The translations under genes and the position numbers were made by a program. Source: a virus. Taken from it: 64,000 nt of DNA. The stretch is taken from positions 10,030-74,029 of IMG/VR virus record IMGVR_UViG_3300033182_000371; one strand, 5' to 3'. Of this stretch, positions 28,059 to 37,422 are shown piece by piece (position 1 is the stretch's first letter; the number at the start of each line of letters is the position of its first letter). A model generated the notes under the pieces. That model saw nothing but the letters and a program-made list of their open reading frames with translations, searched no databases and was not told where the DNA came from.

Positions 28059-30550
28059 GAGAAAAACATTTCTAGGTTTGCAGTTTTCTCTACAGACCAT
28101 CCAATAGCATCTAGGATAATCTTAAGAGGTTCTAAGAATGCCTTGTCAAATTGCAAGTCATAATCAACATACTTGGAGATATTAAGTTCTCTTGGAAAAT
28201 CCTGAATGAACGAAATAACATTCTCGTGAATGATATTTGGTTTCTTCAAATAGCAGAACTTAATCTTCTCTCCATTTTGGATCAGCGAATACTTGTTGGT
28301 AAGTTTTTCTTTCTTGATGTAGTGATTGAACAGAAGTGCGCCCCGAACATGTATGGGAGTACCTTTGATATAAATGTCAGAAGTAGATTTGTACTTCGTA
28401 ACTTCACTCACAGATCTTGGAAAGGAAATTTCCTCAGGAGCAAGTTTTTTGAACTTGCTACGGCACTGATCTATGTAGTCAATCATATCATCTTCTGACC
28501 CAGACATCATGATTTTAAAAGATTCCTTAAGCATTTGACGGCAGGGTGCAGGGGTAGAGGATTTCACTGCCTCAATACCCATAACTTTAAGTTTTGGTTC
28601 TGAATATGCAACTCCTTCACTGTTGTGAACATTCAAGATGTAGCGTTTCTTTGCGGTCCAAATACCACGGTCAGCAATATTCTCCCGCTTCATGCTCATC
28701 TTCTGTTCATATGCCGAAACATAATCCGCAAGTTCCTGATAACTGGATTCGATGAATGGTTCCAGCTTTTCTTGGCAGATCTTGTCAAGTATCCCCACAA
28801 TTGCTGTTTTGTCGCCAGACTTAGCACTAAAAAATTTAGTAACAAGAGGTCCAAGATTAAGATAGATTGAGTCGGTATCGCTAGCGATGACATAATCCTC
28901 GCTCTCCGTCTGCAAAAGTTTATTTAGATATTCGTTCATTTTGTTCTCGATCCAGCGAATCGAGACCTGACCAGACAGAGTGATTGCTTCTGCGTTTGCT
29001 AGTTTGAAATACCTGAAGTATTGATTACCAATAGCACCATAAGCAGAGTTAAGAGAAATCTTTTTCGCCATTTGAATGTTGTTACATCTGGCGATCTCCT
29101 TTTTAAGTGCATCAGTAGGCGTCTTCTCATACTCCTGCTTGGCTTTGAGCATCCGCTTTTTAAAAATGACCCGCTCACCATACATTTTCTCCATCAACTC
29201 TGGGAGAAATCCCTTCTTGTTCTTATGGTACATGGCACCGTTAGCACAAACAGCATAATCCTTGTACATCTCAAAGTTGATTTCTTCCTTCAGGATCCTT
29301 TCAACAGATGCAGTGGGATGCCGTTCGTCGATGAGGGTTTCAGGGGAGATGTTGTACTGCATAATAAGATGAGGATACAGGGAATTGAGATCAAAACTAA
29401 CCACCCAATCATATACCCCAGGATTCGGTTCCTTAACATACGCCCCCGCATACTTTTCATCCTTATCAGTCTGTTCTTTAGGAGGAATGACAATTCCTTT
29501 CTTCTTCAGGTAGTTATAGATGATGGTATCCCACATCCGAACCTGATAGAAGACATCATTATAGTTAACTTTGGCATCATATGCCATAGTCAGGGCGAGC
29601 TCGATCAACTTCATCTTGTCCTCAAGACGGTCTACGAGCTCCACATCGATGATGTTATATTCAACAAACTTCTGCCAACCGTTAGTATAGAACTCTTGGA
29701 AGGTATCGAACTCAGAGTGATCGAGTTTTTTCTGACCGAGTTCTACATTAGCAATGTGGTCAAGACGATATGATTCCTGGTTTGTATAAGTAAATTTCTT
29801 ATACAAATCAAGGTAATCTAGTTGCGTGATGCCACCAATGTCATAGAAAATCTGCTTGCGACCCTTGATGAATACTTCTTTCTGGGACACTAATCCCCAA
29901 GGAGACAGTCTCTTGGCAAGTTTCTCGCCAAGAACACGGTCAATACGCTTGGTAATAAACGGGATATCGAACAGTTGGATGTTCCAACCAGTCACGACAT
30001 CTGGAGTATTTGCCATCCACCAGTTGATGAAATCATTCAGCAGATCACGCTCATTGTTAAACTGAATGTAGCGAACATTGTCCTGTTTGATCTTGAATGG
30101 ACCTTGACCCCAGGTAGTGATCTCCTTTGTGTTGTAATCTTGGATGGTAATGAGCAGGATTTCCTGGTCAGCAGACTCAACATCGGGGAATCCGTTCTCA
30201 GAACGAGTCTCAATATCGACCGTTACAAGACGAATCTTACTGATATCAAAGTCAATTTGTTCTTGAGGATACTTATCAGAGATATACTGATAGATAAACC
30301 TCTCATTGCCATAGATCTTAAAGTTTTCTACCTCACTATACTTCTTTAAAAACTCCCGACAGTCTGAGACAAACCCAGGTTTAATGGGTTCGACATAATC
30401 ACCATCGAGAGTTTTGTAGAAGGTCTCTTTCTTTGCAGGAACAAAAAGAGTGGGTTGATATTTTTCACGAAACTGAATGTACTCACCATTTTCATAACCA
30501 CGAACGAGGAATTGGTCCCCGATCATTTGTACATTAGTATAGAATTTCAT
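28055..30550 (-). CDS. g43: Family B DNA polymerase (gp43)
   Basis: DIET exonuclease motif, DLNSLYP, KISLNSAYG, DTDS, KKRY. Confidence 0.98.
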   Translation of the reverse strand: MKFYTNVQMIGDQFLVRGYENGEYIQFREKYQPTLFVPAKKETFYKTLDGDYVEPIKPGFVSDCREFLKKYSEVENFKIYGNERFIYQYISDKYPQEQIDFDISKIRLVTVDIETRSENGFPDVESADQEILLITIQDYNTKEITTWGQGPFKIKQDNVRYIQFNNERDLLNDFINWWMANTPDVVTGWNIQLFDIPFITKRIDRVLGEKLAKRLSPWGLVSQKEVFIKGRKQIFYDIGGITQLDYLDLYKKFTYTNQESYRLDHIANVELGQKKLDHSEFDTFQEFYTNGWQKFVEYNIIDVELVDRLEDKMKLIELALTMAYDAKVNYNDVFYQVRMWDTIIYNYLKKKGIVIPPKEQTDKDEKYAGAYVKEPNPGVYDWVVSFDLNSLYPHLIMQYNISPETLIDERHPTASVERILKEEINFEMYKDYAVCANGAMYHKNKKGFLPELMEKMYGERVIFKKRMLKAKQEYEKTPTDALKKEIARCNNIQMAKKISLNSAYGAIGNQYFRYFKLANAEAITLSGQVSIRWIENKMNEYLNKLLQTESEDYVIASDTDSIYLNLGPLVTKFFSAKSGDKTAIVGILDKICQEKLEPFIESSYQELADYVSAYEQKMSMKRENIADRGIWTAKKRYILNVHNSEGVAYSEPKLKVMGIEAVKSSTPAPCRQMLKESFKIMMSGSEDDMIDYIDQCRSKFKKLAPEEISFPRSVSEVTKYKSTSDIYIKGTPIHVRGALLFNHYIKKEKLTNKYSLIQNGEKIKFCYLKKPNIIHENVISFIQDFPRELNISKYVDYDLQFDKAFLEPLKIILDAIGWSVEKTANLEMFFS

Positions 30551-30843
30551 TAACCAAGAAGTTCGTTGTATGCCTGAAGGATGAAAGATTCTGGATCAAC
30601 CAGAGTTAGAATCGTATCACTTTGGATTCTGCACTTTTTCTGAGAACTCAACTTCATTATAGTCCATGGTTTCAGACGATCTTTATATGGACCATCATAG
30701 TCCTCATCTTGAGGAATGAACTCATAAGGATTCGTAAGTTCGCAATCTGGTTCGCCAATATCAGCACCATAAACCTCTTCGACACCAGCGATGAGGCATT
30801 TATAGTCTTCTTTGAGGACGATAATTTTAGTTGAGGGCATCAA
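30550..30843 (-). CDS. Hypothetical protein
   Basis: IGEPDCELTNPY; synteny upstream of g43. Confidence 0.75.
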   Translation of the reverse strand: MMPSTKIIVLKEDYKCLIAGVEEVYGADIGEPDCELTNPYEFIPQDEDYDGPYKDRLKPWTIMKLSSQKKCRIQSDTILTLVDPESFILQAYNELLG

Positions 30844-31138
30844 TCAACTCCTTGTACATGTTTTTAAGATCCACAACTGGTTCAAATACTGTCTGAACAG
30901 TGCTTGGATTTACAATAAACATTGTATCAGATGTAAGCGGTTGCCAAGTAGCAAGAGAAACTTGGGAGGTGTTGGGAGGTTCTCCGCTCGCATCTTCCAT
31001 AAGTGTCATCGTTGGTTGCAAAATGACACGATATGGGTTGTTGAAAATGTATTGACGGGTCTTATCCTCAGGATCAATCATTTCTTTAATATCAGCAATG
31101 ATTTGATCATCGCCAATCACAGCAACTCTAACCGACAT
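30827..31138 (-). CDS. Hypothetical protein
   Basis: SD GAGG and sigma70 promoter upstream. Confidence 0.75.
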   Translation of the reverse strand: MSVRVAVIGDDQIIADIKEMIDPEDKTRQYIFNNPYRVILQPTMTLMEDASGEPPNTSQVSLATWQPLTSDTMFIVNPSTVQTVFEPVVDLKNMYKELIDALN

Positions 31139-31160
31139 AGTACACTTTTTACCTCTTAGT

Positions 31161-31203
31161 AGTATAGCATGAAAAAGGGGGGTGATCAACCCCCCGATAT
31201 TTA
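31161..31203 (-). promoter_or_regulatory. Terminator with embedded sigma70 promoter and adjacent late promoter
   Basis: TAAATA, G6-TTGATCA-C6-T5; TTGATC-17nt-TATACT. Confidence 0.7.
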
Positions 31204-31635
31204 GAACCAGTCCTTACGGTGGTGGTGCTCTGGAATAATTTTTCCCAAAGTCACTGTCAATAGTCCATCCTCAAATGTCACATCCCTTACCTCCGTCTCA
31301 TCAGAGAGCGTCCAAACCCTCGTAAAGGATCTCTGCGCCAATCCTTTATGCAAGTAGTCTGTAGCGGTCTCCTTGTCCTCCTTCTGCCCCTCTACGAAGA
31401 GTTTACCAGACTCCGTATAGACAAATACCTCTGCCTTCTTAAATCCTGCTAAGGCGAGCTCCAGCTTACATTCTGTGTTGCTGATATTGATGAGGTTATA
31501 TGGGGGATAATTGGAAGTTGTTTCGTGTAGTTTGAAGATACGATCAAAGTAATCATCCATTCCAATGCTATTGCGGGTAATTTTGTCCAGCAAAGCAGGC
31601 AAATCCGCAGCATGATACCTTGTAAGGTTAGTCAT
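31201..31635 (-). CDS. hsp20: Small heat shock protein
   Basis: NYPPYN, LALAGF, HKGLAQRSF, DGLL. Confidence 0.95.
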   Translation of the reverse strand: MTNLTRYHAADLPALLDKITRNSIGMDDYFDRIFKLHETTSNYPPYNLINISNTECKLELALAGFKKAEVFVYTESGKLFVEGQKEDKETATDYLHKGLAQRSFTRVWTLSDETEVRDVTFEDGLLTVTLGKIIPEHHHRKDWF

Positions 31636-31713
31636 TTAACTTCTCCTTTTTAAAGCGAGATTGTGTTGTGTGTACCCTTTCGGCGTACATTACTAATTAT
31701 ATAAGTTTGCATT

Positions 31714-31790
31714 AAAAAGGGGGGTCGGTTAACCCCCCATAAAGTAGCGTATATTCCGTATGTATAGAGTCGCGCACGAAAGAGCGACGA
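31714..31790 (-). ncRNA. Candidate small RNA between regA and hsp20
   Basis: TAAATA at regA stop, GTCGC/GCGAC stem, G6/C6 terminator plus T5. Confidence 0.5.
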
Positions 31791-31795
31791 ATTAT

Positions 31796-32239
31796 TTATG
31801 CGGTTTCTTCTCCTTCTACCTTAGTCTTGCGACCAATGTTATATTTTGTTTCAAGAACCCAGTTGTTCTTATCTTTGTAAGAGAGAACTTTAATTTGGTT
31901 GAGAGGAGCAATGTCCTGAATCTTCTCAGCATCAACAACAGTAATCAATCCCCAATCAGCAAGCAGTTGAGAAATTCTGTTACGACGCTGAACATCGTTG
32001 ACAGTGAGGTTTGCTTTCTTACCATCAAGAGCAAACAACTCTTTGAAATGAACGATGTAGTATCTACCTTGCTTGTGAAGAATATGGCAAGATTGATAGA
32101 GTTTCTTTTCCTTTCTAGATGCTACACCGATTCTGGTTAGTGTTTCTCGCACCTTCAGGAAATCATCAGGTTCACTCAGAGAAACTTCAATCATCTTCTC
32201 GGGCGACCAGTCAACGGTCGGTTCAACAACGACACTCAT
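31796..32239 (-). CDS. regA: Translational repressor RegA
   Basis: DFLKVRETLTRIG, LYQSCHILHKQGRYYIVHFKELF. Confidence 0.97.
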   Translation of the reverse strand: MSVVVEPTVDWSPEKMIEVSLSEPDDFLKVRETLTRIGVASRKEKKLYQSCHILHKQGRYYIVHFKELFALDGKKANLTVNDVQRRNRISQLLADWGLITVVDAEKIQDIAPLNQIKVLSYKDKNNWVLETKYNIGRKTKVEGEETA

Positions 32240-32263
32240 CTCAATATATCAAAAATGTTTTTA

Positions 32264-33094
32264 TTATTTAGCAAAACTTTTCTTGACTTCTTCTAGAGAT
32301 TCTTGAAGTATCTGCTTTGCTTTACCATATCCCATTTTATTCATCCACTTTTTATCCCAGAATTCTTCTAGTTTACAGCTCTTACCAGTGAAATCTTCAT
32401 AGATTCCTAAGAAAAGACTGAATAATCCCCATTGACTTGGTGGAAAATATGCTGGAGAGAGACAAACAAAGATCGCATCGTATTGATAATCTCCATGATC
32501 ATATTCTTCAGCAAACATTGTCTCCCACTTACAAGGTGTGCCAATATTTTCGCAGATGAATTGATTGTATGGTGTGCGAGTATCCTCTACTGCCTTGCCA
32601 TCATTGTTTCTAATCCAAATCATGTTCTTCAACCTACCCTGAGAGTGAAGATATGATCCCCAACTACCCTCATCTACCTTTCCATATGCTTTTGCCATGG
32701 CATATTCAGTAAGGTATCCTGCCATATGAAGATGTTCGTTATCAGCATCTTCTGGATTCACATAACATCCAGCAAGAAAATCATCATGGTGATCAATGTT
32801 AACAATCTCAATATCATTCTTGTCATGAAGATATTTAAGGATATAATCATGATCCATTCCAAACCAGACATGGGCGTTTGGACTAGAAGAAAGCGCCCTC
32901 GTAAATGTTTCAATAAGATAATCTAAGCATTTTTCATCGATTATCTTTTCCCTTGTATTTAAAAAAGGATACCTCAGAAAATAATAATACCATTTCGTAT
33001 ATGGATGCCACTCAGAGAACATCTCATTATCTTCATTTGGCCATTCATCTACAGTAGGAAATGAGTAATCTATATCAATGCTCAAGACTTTCAT
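32264..33094 (-). CDS. Putative metallohydrolase (UPF0489/arginase-like motifs)
   Basis: SIDIDY, NIDHHDD, CLSPAYFPP. Confidence 0.55.
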   Translation of the reverse strand: MKVLSIDIDYSFPTVDEWPNEDNEMFSEWHPYTKWYYYFLRYPFLNTREKIIDEKCLDYLIETFTRALSSSPNAHVWFGMDHDYILKYLHDKNDIEIVNIDHHDDFLAGCYVNPEDADNEHLHMAGYLTEYAMAKAYGKVDEGSWGSYLHSQGRLKNMIWIRNNDGKAVEDTRTPYNQFICENIGTPCKWETMFAEEYDHGDYQYDAIFVCLSPAYFPPSQWGLFSLFLGIYEDFTGKSCKLEEFWDKKWMNKMGYGKAKQILQESLEEVKKSFAK

Positions 33095-33471
33095 TTTTTA
33101 ATCCCACCAGTGTCCATTTTATTATGGATAAATTTAATTTGCTCTGGAGAAAGAATCTTAAGTGCTTGCTGCGCCTTTTCGTTACTGTACCCGTAGTATT
33201 TTTTCACTACCTCAAGATCAGCAATCTTTTCTTGCTTCAACCAGGGAGAAAACCGTTTTCTTTTCCTGAGACTATGTAGCATGAAGTGGTATTGCATATC
33301 TTTACTGAGATGCGTATTCTTGTTCATCTCATTAGCAAACAAGATTGCATCAATATGACCAGACATACAACGATTTACGATGTAAGCAGGATACTTCTTG
33401 CATGCCTCAGGATCTTCACTGAGATCCTGTTTGTTCATGTTGATAGAGTTCAACCAGTCTTTCAGTTCCAT
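33091..33471 (-). CDS. g62: Clamp loader small subunit (gp62)
   Basis: ANEMN, RKRKRFSPW, YYGYS. Confidence 0.93.
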   Translation of the reverse strand: MELKDWLNSINMNKQDLSEDPEACKKYPAYIVNRCMSGHIDAILFANEMNKNTHLSKDMQYHFMLHSLRKRKRFSPWLKQEKIADLEVVKKYYGYSNEKAQQALKILSPEQIKFIHNKMDTGGIKK

Positions 33472-35162
33472 AGCAGGTAGTTGCCAATAACGAGATAATC
33501 AATGTCCATTTTCTTGAATGATGCGATAGCATCCTCTGGAGTTTCAACAATTGGTTCGCCACTGAGATTGAAAGAGGTGTTCATCAAAACAGGAACCTCA
33601 AGTTTACGAAGCAACTGGCACAATCTAGGATTCAATTCATCATTCACAGTCTGAATACGACAGGTATTGTCCCTGTGAGAAATAGCGGGGAGTTTCTTGG
33701 TGATAGATGTCTGAGAGTACAACATATATGGAGTAGTCATACCCTCGTCGAAATATTCATCAACATACTCCTCTAACATTATACCAGCAAACGGACGCCA
33801 ATACTCCCTTTTCTTAACTCTATCATTCATAATGCTTTTATTCTCTGCTTTCTTAGGACTCATCAGCAGAGATCTGGATCCTAATGCTCTAGGACCATGC
33901 TCAGAGCGACCTTGGAACCACCCCACAATCTTATCCCGATCCAATTCATGAGCGATAACCTCACACAGTTCATCAAAGTCTTCGTAATATTCACAATTAG
34001 TTTCTTCAGGAACAAAATCATCATAAGACTTGCCAAGCAAAGCAATGTTTGCTGGCATCTCAATAGTTTGATTCATTTTATATGAACCCCATGCAGCTGC
34101 TCCAAAGTGAATTCCAGAGTCGTTGGTGTATGGAGGGATGTGTAGGTTTCTAAACAGAGGTTTGAGTAAAGTATTCGTAGTAATGTTTAAGAAACATCCA
34201 CCAGCGAAGCAGTGATCTTCCTCAAGATATCCTTCGTCCTGTGCTTTTCTGACGAAATAAACTAATGCTCTCTCAAACCAATGCTGAACATAGAATGCTT
34301 TATCTTCTGGAGAACCCTTTAGATAGTTCCATATGATTTCATAATCATAAAAATGAACTTCTGGCAATCCAAACTCCCAGCGATCAATATCAAACATTGA
34401 CTTAGGAAACTCGGAAGAAAAACAAACAGGAGCTTCTTGTCCTAGATCATCACCATAAGCAGAGAGACCCATGATCTTACCCTCTTTAGGAGTAACATCA
34501 AAGTTCTGAGCAAACTGAATATTTTTGAATACATCCTCAGGAAGATCGGATTCCTGACGCATCAGTTCTCTATGCTTTTCATCATAGATGTACTTTGACA
34601 TATTGCAGTAATACTCTCCGAAAGAGTTCATACCAAGATCTCCAGTCCCTCTGAAGAACCTGAACATCCTTTTCTTCTTATCAAAATATCCAATGCTATT
34701 ATTTTCGCCACCGCGAAGCATTCCACTAGCAAAGTCCCACAGTCCACTACCAAGACCATCGATAGTCATAAAACTACCGCAGTTAAATGGAGCAGTAAAG
34801 ACCGCAGATGCTGCATGACAAAGGTGGTGGGACAACATCCACACTTCTGCGTTAGGGAAAGACTCCCTGAGCATTCTCTTGGCAGTATGGTCTACTAGTT
34901 GCTCGTTACTTATTTCTGGAAAAGATGGAACATAACAAACAATATCAATATCTTCTGGCGTATACTCACCCAACACATATTCAATAGATTTGCGTGGGTA
35001 ATTACCTTCATCCTTAATACGAGTTAGTCTCTCCTCATTGATGGATCTTACATGCTTACCATCGACGAAGAGAGTTGCTCCAGCATCATGAATGTATGTG
35101 TTGGGTTTATTAAAATCATTCGCGTCCCAATCTAGGGCACCATATACACCAATTACTTTCAT
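33462..35162 (-). CDS. Carbamoyltransferase (NodU/CmcH family)
   Basis: HDAGA, EERLTRIK, HHLCHA, EGKIMGL, GPRALGSRS, RPFA, NTSFN. Confidence 0.93.
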   Translation of the reverse strand: MKVIGVYGALDWDANDFNKPNTYIHDAGATLFVDGKHVRSINEERLTRIKDEGNYPRKSIEYVLGEYTPEDIDIVCYVPSFPEISNEQLVDHTAKRMLRESFPNAEVWMLSHHLCHAASAVFTAPFNCGSFMTIDGLGSGLWDFASGMLRGGENNSIGYFDKKKRMFRFFRGTGDLGMNSFGEYYCNMSKYIYDEKHRELMRQESDLPEDVFKNIQFAQNFDVTPKEGKIMGLSAYGDDLGQEAPVCFSSEFPKSMFDIDRWEFGLPEVHFYDYEIIWNYLKGSPEDKAFYVQHWFERALVYFVRKAQDEGYLEEDHCFAGGCFLNITTNTLLKPLFRNLHIPPYTNDSGIHFGAAAWGSYKMNQTIEMPANIALLGKSYDDFVPEETNCEYYEDFDELCEVIAHELDRDKIVGWFQGRSEHGPRALGSRSLLMSPKKAENKSIMNDRVKKREYWRPFAGIMLEEYVDEYFDEGMTTPYMLYSQTSITKKLPAISHRDNTCRIQTVNDELNPRLCQLLRKLEVPVLMNTSFNLSGEPIVETPEDAIASFKKMDIDYLVIGNYLLWN

Positions 35163-35163
35163 G

Positions 35164-36015
35164 TTAATAGTTTACTAGAACTAATTCTTTACGCTCTTGC
35201 TGTTCCCGCATATACTGTCCAACCGAACGCATCGTGTAGGTGAGATCAAACTCAGATGCTTTCCAGTTAGTGAACCGATCTTTAACGAGTTGACTAGAGT
35301 TGTAACTTACAAGAGTATCTAGTTTACATTCGTCACAGTCTTTTGCAAACTTGTCGTGATCAAATCCTTTGTGCATCGATCCTTTACGACCATAAAGATT
35401 GTCCTTGATGTCATATGGAGGATCAAGATAAACAAAAATATTTTGGTCCACTTTGCCAAAGGTCAGATCTGGAGAATCGTCCAGCAGATAATCATAAGAG
35501 TAGTTTGTGATAGTCCAGTTCTTAATTAGTTCTGAGTAGAGTGGCAGTTTGTCGATTCCCCTGAAGGAGAAATTAGAGTCACTTGCTTGCTTGGAAAAGG
35601 AGCTGGATTCAGTAAGACCTGAGAAAGAACACTTATTAGCAATATAGAAGGAAATAGCACGGTGGAAATTTTCAGAGTCCTCCAAAGGTCTAGCAAGATA
35701 TTCTTTGGCGTCAAGGAATAGCGATCTTGCACTTCCATGATCAATATGACGATGCTTAAGTTGATTCAATTCATTACGCATCTCTACACCAAACATCTGG
35801 AGTTGCTGCCAGAAGTTCACCAGAGGTTCGTAGAGATCATTTACCCATACGGAGGTGTTAGGATACCTCTTCGTCCATTCCAGGGCGAAGGAACCGCCAC
35901 CTAGGAACGGTTCCCTGAACTCATCATACTCCTTGTCAGGTATATACGAAAAAAGTTTCTGGACAGCACGGGACTTACCGCCAGGATAACGAAGAGGAGT
36001 TTTCAAAGATTTCAT
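35164..36015 (-). CDS. dam: DNA adenine methyltransferase (Dam/D12 class)
   Basis: LRYPGGKS, EPFLGGGS, DPPY. Confidence 0.9.
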   Translation of the reverse strand: MKSLKTPLRYPGGKSRAVQKLFSYIPDKEYDEFREPFLGGGSFALEWTKRYPNTSVWVNDLYEPLVNFWQQLQMFGVEMRNELNQLKHRHIDHGSARSLFLDAKEYLARPLEDSENFHRAISFYIANKCSFSGLTESSSFSKQASDSNFSFRGIDKLPLYSELIKNWTITNYSYDYLLDDSPDLTFGKVDQNIFVYLDPPYDIKDNLYGRKGSMHKGFDHDKFAKDCDECKLDTLVSYNSSQLVKDRFTNWKASEFDLTYTMRSVGQYMREQQERKELVLVNY

Positions 36016-36668
36016 TCAAAGAAGTCCATTACGGTTTTCTGACTCTGCGGGAAAAAGAAATCAGGGTTTTCTTGTATAATTTTAACATCATACTTGGCAG
36101 AAAGCAATACTGATGCATAGTTAATCTCAGAGACTTTCCTCTGAGTAAATGACCTATCAAATGCAGCACTCTTTGCCTGCAAAAAATGCCCATTCTCATC
36201 CAAGGGAACTTGATCAGAATCGATCTTAAAGATCAGTTCTCTGAGTGGTGTCCACAAAACATGATAGAAAACATCAATGTCATTGGGGCCATAAAACTTT
36301 CTCCCAGTATTCACATTTGATTTCTTTGAACCAGCAGACTGGAATCTAAAATCAAAAGTTGGACGACGAATTTCAAACCCCCTTTTCTTACTTGCAGCAA
36401 CATCAAGTTTCATCTTGAAGACTACTTTCTTGACTTGTGCTCGTTTAATAGTTCCGTTGTCCTCTACCCAGAAATCATTTCCTTGATCAATTGCTGGTTC
36501 TGCAAAATTGATTTTATTCCTGAGTAAGTAACTAGCGATGATACTCTCTGCACTTTTTCCTGAAAAGATCGTGTCAGAGTTTTTCCAGTCCATTCCTGTG
36601 ACAAGTTCTTCCTCCAAAAGAGGAGGCATCAGTTGAGAGATAATTCTAGACATCTCAATTCCCCTCAA
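36012..36668 (-). CDS. PD-(D/E)XK endonuclease, I-Ssp6803I-like
   Basis: GKSAE...P..D..DFWV...RAQVK...Y..NDIDVF. Confidence 0.6.
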   Translation of the reverse strand: MRGIEMSRIISQLMPPLLEEELVTGMDWKNSDTIFSGKSAESIIASYLLRNKINFAEPAIDQGNDFWVEDNGTIKRAQVKKVVFKMKLDVAASKKRGFEIRRPTFDFRFQSAGSKKSNVNTGRKFYGPNDIDVFYHVLWTPLRELIFKIDSDQVPLDENGHFLQAKSAAFDRSFTQRKVSEINYASVLLSAKYDVKIIQENPDFFFPQSQKTVMDFFE

Positions 36669-36855
36669 TGAATTTCTTCATCGCGGTTGCGAGTTCAAAA
36701 ATTTCTTGTTCTGTTGGGTAGGTCGGATACTCTCCAGCATCCACTCCTTGTTCTGTCAACCTGTCCCAACGACTTTCGGCTGCGTGATATCGATTTACTA
36801 GACGCGATTCTGCGTTCTGGAAAAGATCCCAGCGCAATTCATATGGGTTAGCCAT
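36655..36855 (-). CDS. Small hypothetical protein
   Basis: MANPYELR...; SD AGGAG; TATAAATA at 36910-36917. Confidence 0.75.
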   Translation of the reverse strand: MANPYELRWDLFQNAESRLVNRYHAAESRWDRLTEQGVDAGEYPTYPTEQEIFELATAMKKFIEGN

Positions 36856-36942
36856 AACACTCTCCTATTCTGTGTGTGTCTGTTGGTCCACTGTATGTGA
36901 ACTCGTGGTTATTTATAAGGTTTTATTGATGATCCCTCTTCA

Positions 36943-37422
36943 TCACACACCTTGTTGCTTTTTTACATGATGAGAATTTTGCCTTGGTGTTACCCACCTC
37001 AAATTATCTACATGATTATTTGTGGGGTCATCATCAATATGATCAACATATGCCGTATCTCGAACCCACTGACGCCATTCTTCGGGCACATCATTCCAAG
37101 TATCTTTTAAAGATGCAGGAGGATGTTGATCGATGGGTCTCCAAGTTTCCATTACTGCTCTGTGAACAGTAAGTGAAAATGATTGCGTATGTTTATTTTT
37201 TTGATGATATTGATAATCATCAAATAAATTATCTGGGATAGTAAGACTAAGAAATTGAGACTCTAATCTATCACTTCTTTTAGAAATAATATTTCTTACC
37301 TTCATCAATTTGTTTGTCTTCAAGTTAGCAACTCTACCATCCTCAGAAACATAATAATTTGGAATAACAGTGCCATTTTTAACCAATGGCTTAAATTCTT
37401 GATTGCCAAATATATTAATCAT
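36943..37422 (-). mobile_element. Free-standing HNH homing endonuclease
   Basis: YYVSEDGRV, VHRAV, VDHIDDDPTNNHVDNLRW..N; AT-rich. Confidence 0.85.

Noticed and set aside
13299-30550. Introns or inteins in nrdA, nrdB, g41 or g43
   Set aside because: ORFs are continuous and of normal length
35164-36668. dam plus adjacent nuclease as a type II restriction-modification system
   Set aside because: Orphan dam at this position is usual in T4-like cyanophages, and the nuclease looks like a homing type
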